Sequence record: SRR22947725_425
Reading direction: 5' to 3' (one strand)
Length of the DNA: 59,443 nt
Shown here: in pieces, positions 8,262 through 17,131 of the stretch
How the letters are laid out: each line of letters opens with the position of its first letter
How positions within the stretch are numbered: position 1 is the first letter of the stretch
Position numbers and translations under genes: made by a program
The notes under the pieces: generated by a model
Database searches by the model: none
Told to the model about the DNA's origin: nothing
Seen by the model: the letters and a program-made list of their open reading frames with translations, nothing else

Positions 8262-9398
8262 TTATTGCAAGCCCTCAAAAAATCCCAGGTGTGCGATTTT
8301 GTAGTTGTAGGATGCGTCGAATAACAAGGGGTATTCATTTGGATTGTCATGAAAATTCAGCAGCCAACTGTCTGTGTCGCGCATGCCCCATAGCGTTATT
8401 CCAAAACGTTTTTCGGGTGAAATAGTGTTATACAATTCAACAACTTGTCTGTAGCGTTCCTCCTGAGCTAAAGCACGCTGGTAACTCAATGCCTTTAAGC
8501 TACCCGATCTATTAACGGTCATGTCCAATTCTGAAAAATGAATGAGTACATTTTTTTCTAGCAGTAAGTCTACGTTGGATTGAATTTGTTGCCTCGAGGG
8601 GTTGATGTAGTCAATATGCATTTGCAGCCCTACCCCATCAATTGGAATATTACGGCTCTTAAAATCGTCTATCATGGAAGTTACTTCAAGCATTTTTGAC
8701 TGCTGCGACTCAAGGTTATAATCGTTATAAAATAATTTCACATTAGCGTCTGCTTCTCTTGCCCATTGAAAACATTTCGCTACATAGTCACTACCCAAAC
8801 GTTGTCTAAACAACTCGTTTTTGGCAGCTTCAGTAAAAGCTTCGTTAACAACATCCCAGCCTGCAACTACAGAAACTTCTTGACCGTTTATCGTTATTTT
8901 TTCTTGTGCAAAATGAGTTACTGTAGCTTTGATATAGGCTTCAATAAGTGCTTCAAATTCAGCATCCGAACCGTTAAAATTGCGTAACCATCCTGGGACA
9001 GAGTTATGCCAGATAAGAGCATGTCCAAAAACACGAAAACCATTGGCTTTGGCATAGGCTACAATTACATCACCATCACTGAAATCGTAATTACCTGCGC
9101 CTTTAAACATATTGGCCATTTTCATATCATTTTCAGCGGTAATACTATTAAAATCTGTATTGAGATAGATTTTAAATGTGGTGTCATTCGCAAGCTTTTG
9201 AGCAGAAACAATCATCCCGATAGGGTATGCTGCAACCGACTTTAACGATGCTGTGGGTTCATAGGTTAATGTGGGTACAGAAGGCGGTGTAGGTGCTTCA
9301 GTAATTTCCGAATCCTTATCACTACGACAAGAAGCTAGAAATAATATGAGCGTACAAAAAATAAAGCTTTTGAAAAATGGTGTGTGCTTAGTTGGCAT
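8262..9398 (-). CDS. GH10 endo-1,4-beta-xylanase, lipoprotein
   Basis: TAENDMK, GHALIWH, WDVVNE (acid/base), YNDYN, GLQMH, FSELD (nucleophile); LASC lipobox. Confidence 0.92.
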   Translation of the reverse strand: MPTKHTPFFKSFIFCTLILFLASCRSDKDSEITEAPTPPSVPTLTYEPTASLKSVAAYPIGMIVSAQKLANDTTFKIYLNTDFNSITAENDMKMANMFKGAGNYDFSDGDVIVAYAKANGFRVFGHALIWHNSVPGWLRNFNGSDAEFEALIEAYIKATVTHFAQEKITINGQEVSVVAGWDVVNEAFTEAAKNELFRQRLGSDYVAKCFQWAREADANVKLFYNDYNLESQQSKMLEVTSMIDDFKSRNIPIDGVGLQMHIDYINPSRQQIQSNVDLLLEKNVLIHFSELDMTVNRSGSLKALSYQRALAQEERYRQVVELYNTISPEKRFGITLWGMRDTDSWLLNFHDNPNEYPLLFDASYNYKIAHLGFFEGLQ

Positions 9399-9442
9399 TA
9401 TATCGTTGTTACAATACTCTTGGAATCAATTCCAATTGGTTA

Positions 9443-11626
9443 TTAGTTAATAATGAGTTTATGTGTAATTATCGCTTCTTCGTTTGCAATACGCATAAAA
9501 TAAATACCTTGAGGTAAATGGGTTACGTCCATTTTTGTTTGAAGGCTTTCTTCGTAAACTTGCTTACCCTCTAAGGTATAAATAATTACATGCAATGGCG
9601 CATTTGGCTTTGTGAAATATATGGTGCCGTTAGATGGGTTTGGATAGAACCCTAAAGAACTTGCGTCATAACCCATAGTGTCTTTACCAAGCGTCTCCGA
9701 AAAGCTGTATACAAAACTAGAAAGTTCCATTGGCTGGAGTGTTACCTCCACAAATTGTGCATCGGGTTGAATATCCATGGAGCTAAATGCATAATCGGTT
9801 GTTGTATTGGTGGTGTATCGGTTTAAAGAACTAACTGCATAAGGGATGTTAATGCTAAGCGTTTTTGTAGAATTGGAATCGTTAAATACATGCACAACAA
9901 TTTCCTCATCGCTAGGAGCAATAAAACTAGAAACAAATAAATTAGGTATACTACTAGACGTGTGCCTAATCCGCTGATAGCCTTTGTTGGTTAGGTTTGA
10001 AAAATGTTTAAATGCAAAAAAGCGTTTTGGAAGAAAAACTCCAGAATCATCCCATAAAACAAGTGCTGAAGATCCCTCTTTATCCCCTTCTTCGGGTGTT
10101 GGATAAATATGTTCCTCAAACAAAAGGTGTGTCATATAGGCTGTTAAACCCCCTTCGTTAAATCCGCGTGTAATCCATTTAATGTAATTCGAAGCATCAG
10201 TCATAGAAAGGTCAATACTTTTTAGATTTCCTGATTCCGTAACCCATGTAGGCTTGTTATCTGCAACTGCCAAAAGTGCCGACCAATCTGCGTTGTGCTC
10301 ACTATCGTAGTAGGTGTGTGTGCCTATAACCTCGGTAGCCGCTTTGGTGGCAGCATCCTGAAACATTTCTGAGAGATACGTCGCTGCTGAATTGTCTTGT
10401 GTCAAATTGCTTGTAGGAGATGATGAAGGGCTTACACGCGCGTTCTCAGGACTCAAAATTCTAACGGAAGAAAATGTAGAATTGTCAAGGCGTCCTCTTA
10501 CATGCGGAAGCACTTCGGTTAGCTTTTCAGCCGTTAAATTCATCGATTCGTAGGTGTTAAGAAAATCGGGTTCATTTGTCAAGGATACTTCCGTTACGTC
10601 AATTCCGTATTTCTGTTTCATACCAGTTAAAAAAGCCATAATGAATTCACCAAACTCTTCAGTCATTTCTGGTTTTAGGGTGTTTAACGCTACATCTTCA
10701 TTAGAAGACGCCCTTTTATGCGATTCGTTAATTTTCATCCACCCTGGAGCACTATTGCAATTTCCTATAATATAATCTATACCTACTTGACTCGACGACA
10801 GTGCGTTTTGAAGGGTGTTAACTACGTAATAGGGACTTGAATCGTAATACCGCCAGTTAAAATCATTTATGTTAAAGCTATAGGGGTCGCTGTTATCGTT
10901 CCCATTGTTTTCTAGTGAATGATGAATAAAAAACCGAATCATGTTTATGTGCAAGTCGCTGTATGCCAAGTTCTCTAATTCCGCTCGTACAGAAGCAGGA
11001 AGGTTCGCAAGTGTTTCAGTACGTCTTTTTATTCCGCCTCCAAAACCTTCAACAACTTGATAGCGAAGTTCTGGTTGCGTAGCAATACCTAGTCCAGGCA
11101 TCACATTGACTTCATCAAGAAAAAAAGTAGTATTCGCCGATAAATACCTAAAGCTTACTCGATAGCTTGGAACGGCCGTAGGAATTGAAAATGTATGGGA
11201 ATATAACGTCCATTGATCCGTTAAAACGAATTCACTGCCCTTAAATACAGAAGTTCCAACTGTTGGGTCGCTAATACACAGTTTAATGGACGAAGTTCCA
11301 GAATTATTGCTTGATTTTGCATAAAAGGAAACTGTTAAGGAGCTGTTATCAGGAACAGAAAACTCATGCAAGGATTTTGTTTGAACATTATATTCGAACG
11401 CACCCAAAGTTTGGACATCGGCACGCAAGGCCTTTGTGCTTCCGCGAATAAGACCAGATGACTCAATGGAAAACTGAGCAGTACTGCTTCCAGAAGCAAG
11501 GCTAGTCCAGTAATCAAACTGGTTTGCTGTACTGGATTCTAGCCTTCCATTAGAGATTGGAAGTGTTTGAGAATAACCTTGTGTTAAAACAATACATAAA
11601 AACAGTGATGCTAGAATAGACTTCAT
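9443..11626 (-). CDS. CBM4/9-like domain + GH30 glycoside hydrolase + T9SS CTD
   Basis: N-terminal jelly-roll (SFYAKS, LTDQWTLYS, FLDEV); YQVVEGFGG, SAPGWMK, TNEPD, WVTES GH30 motifs; YPNPS CTD. Confidence 0.8.
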   Translation of the reverse strand: MKSILASLFLCIVLTQGYSQTLPISNGRLESSTANQFDYWTSLASGSSTAQFSIESSGLIRGSTKALRADVQTLGAFEYNVQTKSLHEFSVPDNSSLTVSFYAKSSNNSGTSSIKLCISDPTVGTSVFKGSEFVLTDQWTLYSHTFSIPTAVPSYRVSFRYLSANTTFFLDEVNVMPGLGIATQPELRYQVVEGFGGGIKRRTETLANLPASVRAELENLAYSDLHINMIRFFIHHSLENNGNDNSDPYSFNINDFNWRYYDSSPYYVVNTLQNALSSSQVGIDYIIGNCNSAPGWMKINESHKRASSNEDVALNTLKPEMTEEFGEFIMAFLTGMKQKYGIDVTEVSLTNEPDFLNTYESMNLTAEKLTEVLPHVRGRLDNSTFSSVRILSPENARVSPSSSPTSNLTQDNSAATYLSEMFQDAATKAATEVIGTHTYYDSEHNADWSALLAVADNKPTWVTESGNLKSIDLSMTDASNYIKWITRGFNEGGLTAYMTHLLFEEHIYPTPEEGDKEGSSALVLWDDSGVFLPKRFFAFKHFSNLTNKGYQRIRHTSSSIPNLFVSSFIAPSDEEIVVHVFNDSNSTKTLSINIPYAVSSLNRYTTNTTTDYAFSSMDIQPDAQFVEVTLQPMELSSFVYSFSETLGKDTMGYDASSLGFYPNPSNGTIYFTKPNAPLHVIIYTLEGKQVYEESLQTKMDVTHLPQGIYFMRIANEEAIITHKLIIN

Positions 11627-11766
11627 ACCCCAAATATGTAGTTAATAAGACTAGGATAATGCCATCATGAAATCAAAAAATATAATATTTAAACCAATTA
11701 TTAGTAATTCCAACAACAATAATAAATACGTTCTAGTTAACTCAATGAAAACCATAAAATAAACAG

Positions 11767-11774
11767 TAGATTTG
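11767..11774 (+). promoter_or_regulatory. Bacteroidota -7 promoter box
   Basis: TAGATTTG upstream of the GH43 gene. Confidence 0.5.
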
Positions 11775-11815
11775 GTACAAACCATTTTGAAATCCAATTC
11801 AAAAAACCGTTTATT

Positions 11816-13480
11816 ATGCATCACCTGTTTTGTAAAATCATCACGATTGTAGCACTCGCTTGGAGCTGTTTTGTGAACGCGCAAACATTTACAAATCCTG
11901 TTTTACCGGGTGGATTTCCAGATCCTTCTATATGTCGTGTTGGGGATACTTTCTATTTGGTCAACTCTTCATTTGAATACTTTCCTGGACTACCAATTCA
12001 TAAAAGCAAGGATTTAATTAATTGGGAGCTTATTGGACATGGGTTAAGCAGACAAGCGCAGTGTGTGGGTAAAATCAATTTACACGACGTGCAAGACAAC
12101 GGAGGGATCTATGCACCAACATTAAGGTATCATAATGGCGTTTTTTATATCATCACAACAACTATTTATAAGGAATCGATTACAAATCGATCTAGCGCAA
12201 CAAACTTTATACTGACGGCAACTAACCCTGAAGGACCTTGGTCCAATCCAATTATTATTGAAGGTGCACCAGGGATAGATCCTGATCTGTTTTTTGATGA
12301 TGATGGAAGAGTTTGGTATACAGGAAACCACCAACCTAGAGATCCAAGCTTTGATGGTGAAACAGAAATATGGATGCAGGAACTCGACCCTAAGGATTTT
12401 CAATTAATTGGAAAGCGGCATTTTTTGTGGCGTGGCGCATGTGATGGCGTTTGGGCAGAAGGGCCACATATCTATAAAAAAGAAGGGGGCTACTACTTGT
12501 TAATCGCAGAAGGCGGAACATCATTTAATCATGCAGTCATGGTTGCAGTAAGTGATCAAATAACGGGGCCTTACACCGCCAATAAACGAAATCCTATTTT
12601 CAGCTCCAGACAACTTTCTTTCGATAACTGGGTGCACAGCACAGGTCATGGTGATTTAGTAGCACTTGAGGATGGCAGGTGGTTTATGGTTCTTTTGGGG
12701 ATTCGAGGAGAATTGAATCGAGCGTCAAATATGGGAAGAGAAACATTTATTGTGCCTGTTGAATGGGAATGGGATATTTATCGCGATGAACGAAACCTAT
12801 GGCCAGTGATAGCTCCAAAAACAGGGCGTATAGAACGAATTAATCCTGTGATTTTTAATAATTTATCTAAACAAAATAAAGATGGATTTAAAGAAACATT
12901 TAGTTCAACGATACTTGACAAACATTGGAATTTTAGACGCGTACCACACCAAAACACCTACGACTTAACAGCCAAAAAAGGGCATTTACGGCTATTCACT
13001 CACCCTAACATTATTGAGGATAGAGCAAAAGCACATTTTATTGGAATTAAGCAAACAGAAAGTGATTTTGTGTTCGAAACAAAAATGGAATTTAGTCCCA
13101 CTAATAATGGTTCTGAATCTGGTATTGTGCTTATACAAAAAGACGATAATTACGTGAGCTTTAGTATAAAAAAAGAAAAAGAAGCGCATTATTTAATTCT
13201 AAAACACCAAGATAGGAGCCTGAATATTTTAAATAAAATTAGACTGGATACCCCTATTAAACATGTTTATTTTCAAGTAATCTCAAAAAATAACGTGCTT
13301 ACCTTTAAATACAAATCCAAAGGGAGGCCATACAAAACTGCAGCTAAAACAAAGGCAGACTTAATTTTGAGTAAAGGCTATACAGGAGCACATTTGGGTA
13401 TTTATGCAACAAGTAATGGCGTGAATTCGAATGATTATTCTGATTTTGATTATGTCACCTATAAACCTTTACAACAATGA
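11816..13480 (+). CDS. GH43 beta-xylosidase/alpha-arabinofuranosidase with C-terminal beta-sandwich
   Basis: NPVLPGGFPDPSI, GIDPDLFFD, WAEGPHIYK, GHGDLV, MGRETF. Confidence 0.92.
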   Translation: MHHLFCKIITIVALAWSCFVNAQTFTNPVLPGGFPDPSICRVGDTFYLVNSSFEYFPGLPIHKSKDLINWELIGHGLSRQAQCVGKINLHDVQDNGGIYAPTLRYHNGVFYIITTTIYKESITNRSSATNFILTATNPEGPWSNPIIIEGAPGIDPDLFFDDDGRVWYTGNHQPRDPSFDGETEIWMQELDPKDFQLIGKRHFLWRGACDGVWAEGPHIYKKEGGYYLLIAEGGTSFNHAVMVAVSDQITGPYTANKRNPIFSSRQLSFDNWVHSTGHGDLVALEDGRWFMVLLGIRGELNRASNMGRETFIVPVEWEWDIYRDERNLWPVIAPKTGRIERINPVIFNNLSKQNKDGFKETFSSTILDKHWNFRRVPHQNTYDLTAKKGHLRLFTHPNIIEDRAKAHFIGIKQTESDFVFETKMEFSPTNNGSESGIVLIQKDDNYVSFSIKKEKEAHYLILKHQDRSLNILNKIRLDTPIKHVYFQVISKNNVLTFKYKSKGRPYKTAAKTKADLILSKGYTGAHLGIYATSNGVNSNDYSDFDYVTYKPLQQ

Positions 13481-14340
13481 AACAAATGCATATTTTATCT
13501 TTTTTAATGATCTTTTTTCTTTTTAGCTCCTGTAAAGGAAATGATGTTGATTCCGTTGAAACTCCAATAGTAGTCGAAACGACACTAAAAACACAATCGC
13601 TTACTATTGAACAAGAAATAGATGGCAGCATGGTTAGCAGATCAGTTCTAATCCAAGCACCACTTGTAGTAGATAAAGACAAGTCGTATCCTGTTGTTTT
13701 TGCATTTCATGGAAGGGGTGGTAAAAACACCAATTGGGTAAATTCGTTAAAAGAGTTTACAAATGCAGGCACCTTTGTTGGTGTCTACCCTCAAGGTCAC
13801 CTCAATTCGTGGAACCTTGGTCCCGAGCCCTCTACAGCAGACGATGTCGCGTTTGTAGAAGCGATTGTAAATAGACTTCAAGATATCTCCAATTTAAATT
13901 TGGATCGTGTATTTGCCGTTGGAACTTCCAATGGAGCAGGTATGGTAAATCTACTAGGAGCAGAAACAACACATTTTAAAGCGATAGCCCCAGTAGTTTC
14001 GCAGCTAATCACTTCTATTGTGCTTACCCAACAAACCAAGCCGCTGTCAATTTTCCAAGTTAATGGTGCTGCAGATAACAGCATTCCTATTGAAGGTGGA
14101 AATAAATTTGGCCATACATTTTTAAGTGCTTTGGAAAGTGCAGAAAAATGGGCTAATCAGTTTGGATGTAATTCTACACCAACAATAGAAACCGTAGGAG
14201 AAAACACAACGTACTCTTTTGGGAATTGCACCAATAGTGTGCAAATAAACTACCTCCGCGTTGAACAGGGTGGGCATAATATTATTGCTTCTTATACCAA
14301 TTTATGGAATGAGATGTGGCAATTTTTCCAATCATTATAA
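13477..14340 (+). CDS. Alpha/beta-hydrolase esterase lipoprotein (PHB-depolymerase-like, CE1-like)
   Basis: FSSC lipobox; FHGRGG; GTSNGA; GGH; ATGA overlap with the GH43 gene. Confidence 0.8.
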   Translation: MKQMHILSFLMIFFLFSSCKGNDVDSVETPIVVETTLKTQSLTIEQEIDGSMVSRSVLIQAPLVVDKDKSYPVVFAFHGRGGKNTNWVNSLKEFTNAGTFVGVYPQGHLNSWNLGPEPSTADDVAFVEAIVNRLQDISNLNLDRVFAVGTSNGAGMVNLLGAETTHFKAIAPVVSQLITSIVLTQQTKPLSIFQVNGAADNSIPIEGGNKFGHTFLSALESAEKWANQFGCNSTPTIETVGENTTYSFGNCTNSVQINYLRVEQGGHNIIASYTNLWNEMWQFFQSL

Positions 14341-14386
14341 ACAGATAATTGCTGTAAAGACCGCTATTTACATTCACGAACCTAGA

Positions 14387-14418
14387 TTAACATGTTTATT
14401 GCAAACTTTGCTAAATAA
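14387..14418 (+). promoter_or_regulatory. Candidate HTCS-binding site, copy 1
   Basis: TTAACATGTTTATTGCAAACTTTGCTAAATAA, 24/32 identical to 22850-22881; starts 60 nt before the TAAATTTG box at 14447. Confidence 0.5.
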
Positions 14419-14478
14419 GTGTTAGTAATTATGATTCCAAAGCCCCTAAATTTGATTTATAAATTATAACATTGTAGC

Positions 14479-15876
14479 ATGTCAACTAAATCAAAGCATT
14501 TTTTAACCAGCTTTATCATCACTATTAGTATTGTTGGTCTTTCAGTTTCTAGCATTCATGCCCAATCGGATGATACACAGCATATTCCTTGGAAACTTGA
14601 TGGTGCAGAAGAACGCATTAACACCATTAGAAAAGGAGATGCTAAGCTCACATTTGATTTTAAAGGAGTTGACCTAAGTAAAGCGGTTGGTACAATCGAC
14701 ATCAAGCTTAAGAGCCACGCATTTAATTTTGGTGTTTCTATGACTCAAGTAAATGCTTTTGTTGGCACGCCGTATTTTGAAGCGTATCACAAAAGAGTAG
14801 AAGAACTTTTTAATTTCATTACTGTTGGATTTTATTGGGTGGCCTACGACGAGCGAAGAGACCTAAGCAACTTCAAAAAACGAATGCGCAAAACAATCGA
14901 CTGGGCGCAAGCAAACAATATTAAAATAAAGGGGCATCCGCTACTCTGGCATGAGTCCTTACCAAAGTGGGTAATCGATTCAAAAGATCCAGAAAAACTT
15001 GAGCCAAGTATATTTTCACGTTTAGAGCATTTAATAACAACGTATCCAGAAATCGCATATTGGGATGTATACAATGAGCCTGTTGCTCCGTTTAAGGAGC
15101 ACGTAACACCCAATGGAGTTTCACGATGGATAAAATACAAGGGAGGGATTTATCCAGCCATGCAATCGTTGTATGCTTTTGTAAACAAGGTTGATGCTTC
15201 GAAGAAGTACACCAACAACCACTATCACCCAAAAGATCCTGCATTTTTAGCGTTAAATGAGTTTTTCGTTAAAAACGATGTTAAATACGATGCCATTGGG
15301 ATGCAAGCGCATATGCAAACAAACGACAACGTTCTTTCAGAGGAAGAGTTAATTGATCAGGTTGAAAACTTTGCTCCTTTGCAGAAAAACATTCAATTTA
15401 CTGAAGTCACCGTTACTAGTTCAAAACGATTTGAAAACTGGAAAGACCATCAGGTGTTTTTGGAAAAGAGGAACGAAGCGCGAAAAAAAGGAAAGCAATT
15501 AAACTTACCCAGCTTACCAGCCTACGAAACGTATCAAGCTGCATATATTAAAGACTTTTACACGCTCTTATTTAGCCTTCCACAAATCAGTTCCATCACT
15601 GTTTGGAATTTAACTGACAGAAATGCGTGGAGGGGTCATGCGGGCGGTATATTAGATATGGAATTAAAACCTAAGAAAGCATTTTACGCACTAAAAGACC
15701 TAATCAAAAAAGAATGGTCAACACAAGTTTCAGAAACCGTAACTTTAGAAGATGGCCTGAATTTTAATGGCTTTTATGGCCGATACCACGGATCATTTTT
15801 ACTTAATGGTAAAGAATATACTTTTGAATTTGAGCATTCTAAAGAAAACAAGGAGCCCATCAAAATTGTATTATAG
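14479..15876 (+). CDS. GH10 family glycoside hydrolase (divergent xylanase)
   Basis: KGHPLLWH, WDVYNEP, IGMQAH, QFTE; signal peptide; N- and C-terminal beta extensions (HAFNFG, GFYGRY). Confidence 0.85.
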   Translation: MSTKSKHFLTSFIITISIVGLSVSSIHAQSDDTQHIPWKLDGAEERINTIRKGDAKLTFDFKGVDLSKAVGTIDIKLKSHAFNFGVSMTQVNAFVGTPYFEAYHKRVEELFNFITVGFYWVAYDERRDLSNFKKRMRKTIDWAQANNIKIKGHPLLWHESLPKWVIDSKDPEKLEPSIFSRLEHLITTYPEIAYWDVYNEPVAPFKEHVTPNGVSRWIKYKGGIYPAMQSLYAFVNKVDASKKYTNNHYHPKDPAFLALNEFFVKNDVKYDAIGMQAHMQTNDNVLSEEELIDQVENFAPLQKNIQFTEVTVTSSKRFENWKDHQVFLEKRNEARKKGKQLNLPSLPAYETYQAAYIKDFYTLLFSLPQISSITVWNLTDRNAWRGHAGGILDMELKPKKAFYALKDLIKKEWSTQVSETVTLEDGLNFNGFYGRYHGSFLLNGKEYTFEFEHSKENKEPIKIVL

Positions 15877-15883
15877 CAAGTTT

Positions 15884-17131
15884 TTATAAGCCCGAGTACT
15901 TAAACTGTTGCTCCACAGGAACACCAAATAACGACTCCAACTCACCAATATTTTTATTGTAAAACCGTGTATTTGGAGGGATGCCAATACCTTTCCAAAA
16001 GTTCGCATTGTATGGAACTTTATAGCGCGTCATATCTTTAGGTTGTTCTCCCTGATACGAATCAAATAGTTTCTTATCTTCTTCAATTCCTAAGACATAC
16101 ATTTCATGCCTGTAGGCAATTGGAATATATTCGGGGGTAGGTTTGTTTGCACTCCGCAATGCGCGTTTTATTTCTTCCGACAAACGTGTGGCCCCTTCCC
16201 ATTCGCGTTGATGGTAGCTTAAATAAAGTTTCCCGTCCGCATTTTTCTTGTAGACATATGTTGCTTTAAGAAACTTTCCCACTTCTGGATACTTAGTTAT
16301 ATCAAATTTATAAATCTCATGGGTATCCATGCCAATATATAGACGGAGTACTTCTCCGTTTTTACGTGTTCCTTCGGTAACCACAACATCCTCACCATCA
16401 TAACTAGAGTTGCTCACCTTCTTCCATGCATAAGCACTTGCCGACATTCCCTTTCGTAGGGGATTGTTATAGGCCATATACATTAAGGCATGCATTTTTT
16501 GCTCGTTTTTTATAAACCGATAATCTGCAGAAGTTCGAGCTTGCTCTACATTAAAACTGGTTATGAATCCATTTGGACCACGATCAATTACATTAATATA
16601 ATGCTCAATAAAAAAACGACACAGATTATCTTCCACTGACCATCTTCGGTATAACGTTTTGAGTTGATGGCTTTTACTAACCGTATTTTCCTTTAGCTTT
16701 TTAAAAGCCATTTTTACATATACGTCTGAAGTAGTTACCACAACTTCAGAAAGATTCGTCGTTTGTTCGACCAACTCAATAGTTTTGGTTTTTTTGTTTA
16801 AATAATCTCTAAGATTGACGCGATAGGTTTCAAAACCTAATGAAGATATTTGCAGCGTATCTGATAATTCTTTTTCGGATATAACGAAATAAAATTCTCC
16901 ATCCTCGGTAGTAGATGTCCCTATGTTTTTTTGAATAATCCCAACGGCCGCAAAGGGAATTTCATAGCCATTTTCGTCGTAGACATGCCCCGCTACTGGT
17001 ATTGCCTTTTGTCCATAAACATTTATTAAGGAAAAGAAAAAAACCCAAAAAAAGTATTGTCGATATTTAAACATATTGTGTTTTTTCATATGCATAATCA
17101 TAAAAGGAAATCTTTCTATTGGTTTATTCAT
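15884..17131 (-). CDS. Carboxypeptidase-regulatory-like domain protein of unknown function (true start may be further downstream)
   Basis: GHVYDENGYEIPFAAV...GTSTTEDGEF...ISSLGF...LSEVVV N-terminal domain; YNANFW near the C-terminus. Confidence 0.75.
   Translation of the reverse strand: MNKPIERFPFMIMHMKKHNMFKYRQYFFWVFFFSLINVYGQKAIPVAGHVYDENGYEIPFAAVGIIQKNIGTSTTEDGEFYFVISEKELSDTLQISSLGFETYRVNLRDYLNKKTKTIELVEQTTNLSEVVVTTSDVYVKMAFKKLKENTVSKSHQLKTLYRRWSVEDNLCRFFIEHYINVIDRGPNGFITSFNVEQARTSADYRFIKNEQKMHALMYMAYNNPLRKGMSASAYAWKKVSNSSYDGEDVVVTEGTRKNGEVLRLYIGMDTHEIYKFDITKYPEVGKFLKATYVYKKNADGKLYLSYHQREWEGATRLSEEIKRALRSANKPTPEYIPIAYRHEMYVLGIEEDKKLFDSYQGEQPKDMTRYKVPYNANFWKGIGIPPNTRFYNKNIGELESLFGVPVEQQFKYSGL

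Noticed and set aside
11651-11884. 77-aa minus-strand ORF in the GH30/GH43 divergent region
   Set aside because: Overlaps the GH43 start and promoter, has AT-rich low-information sequence and no motif
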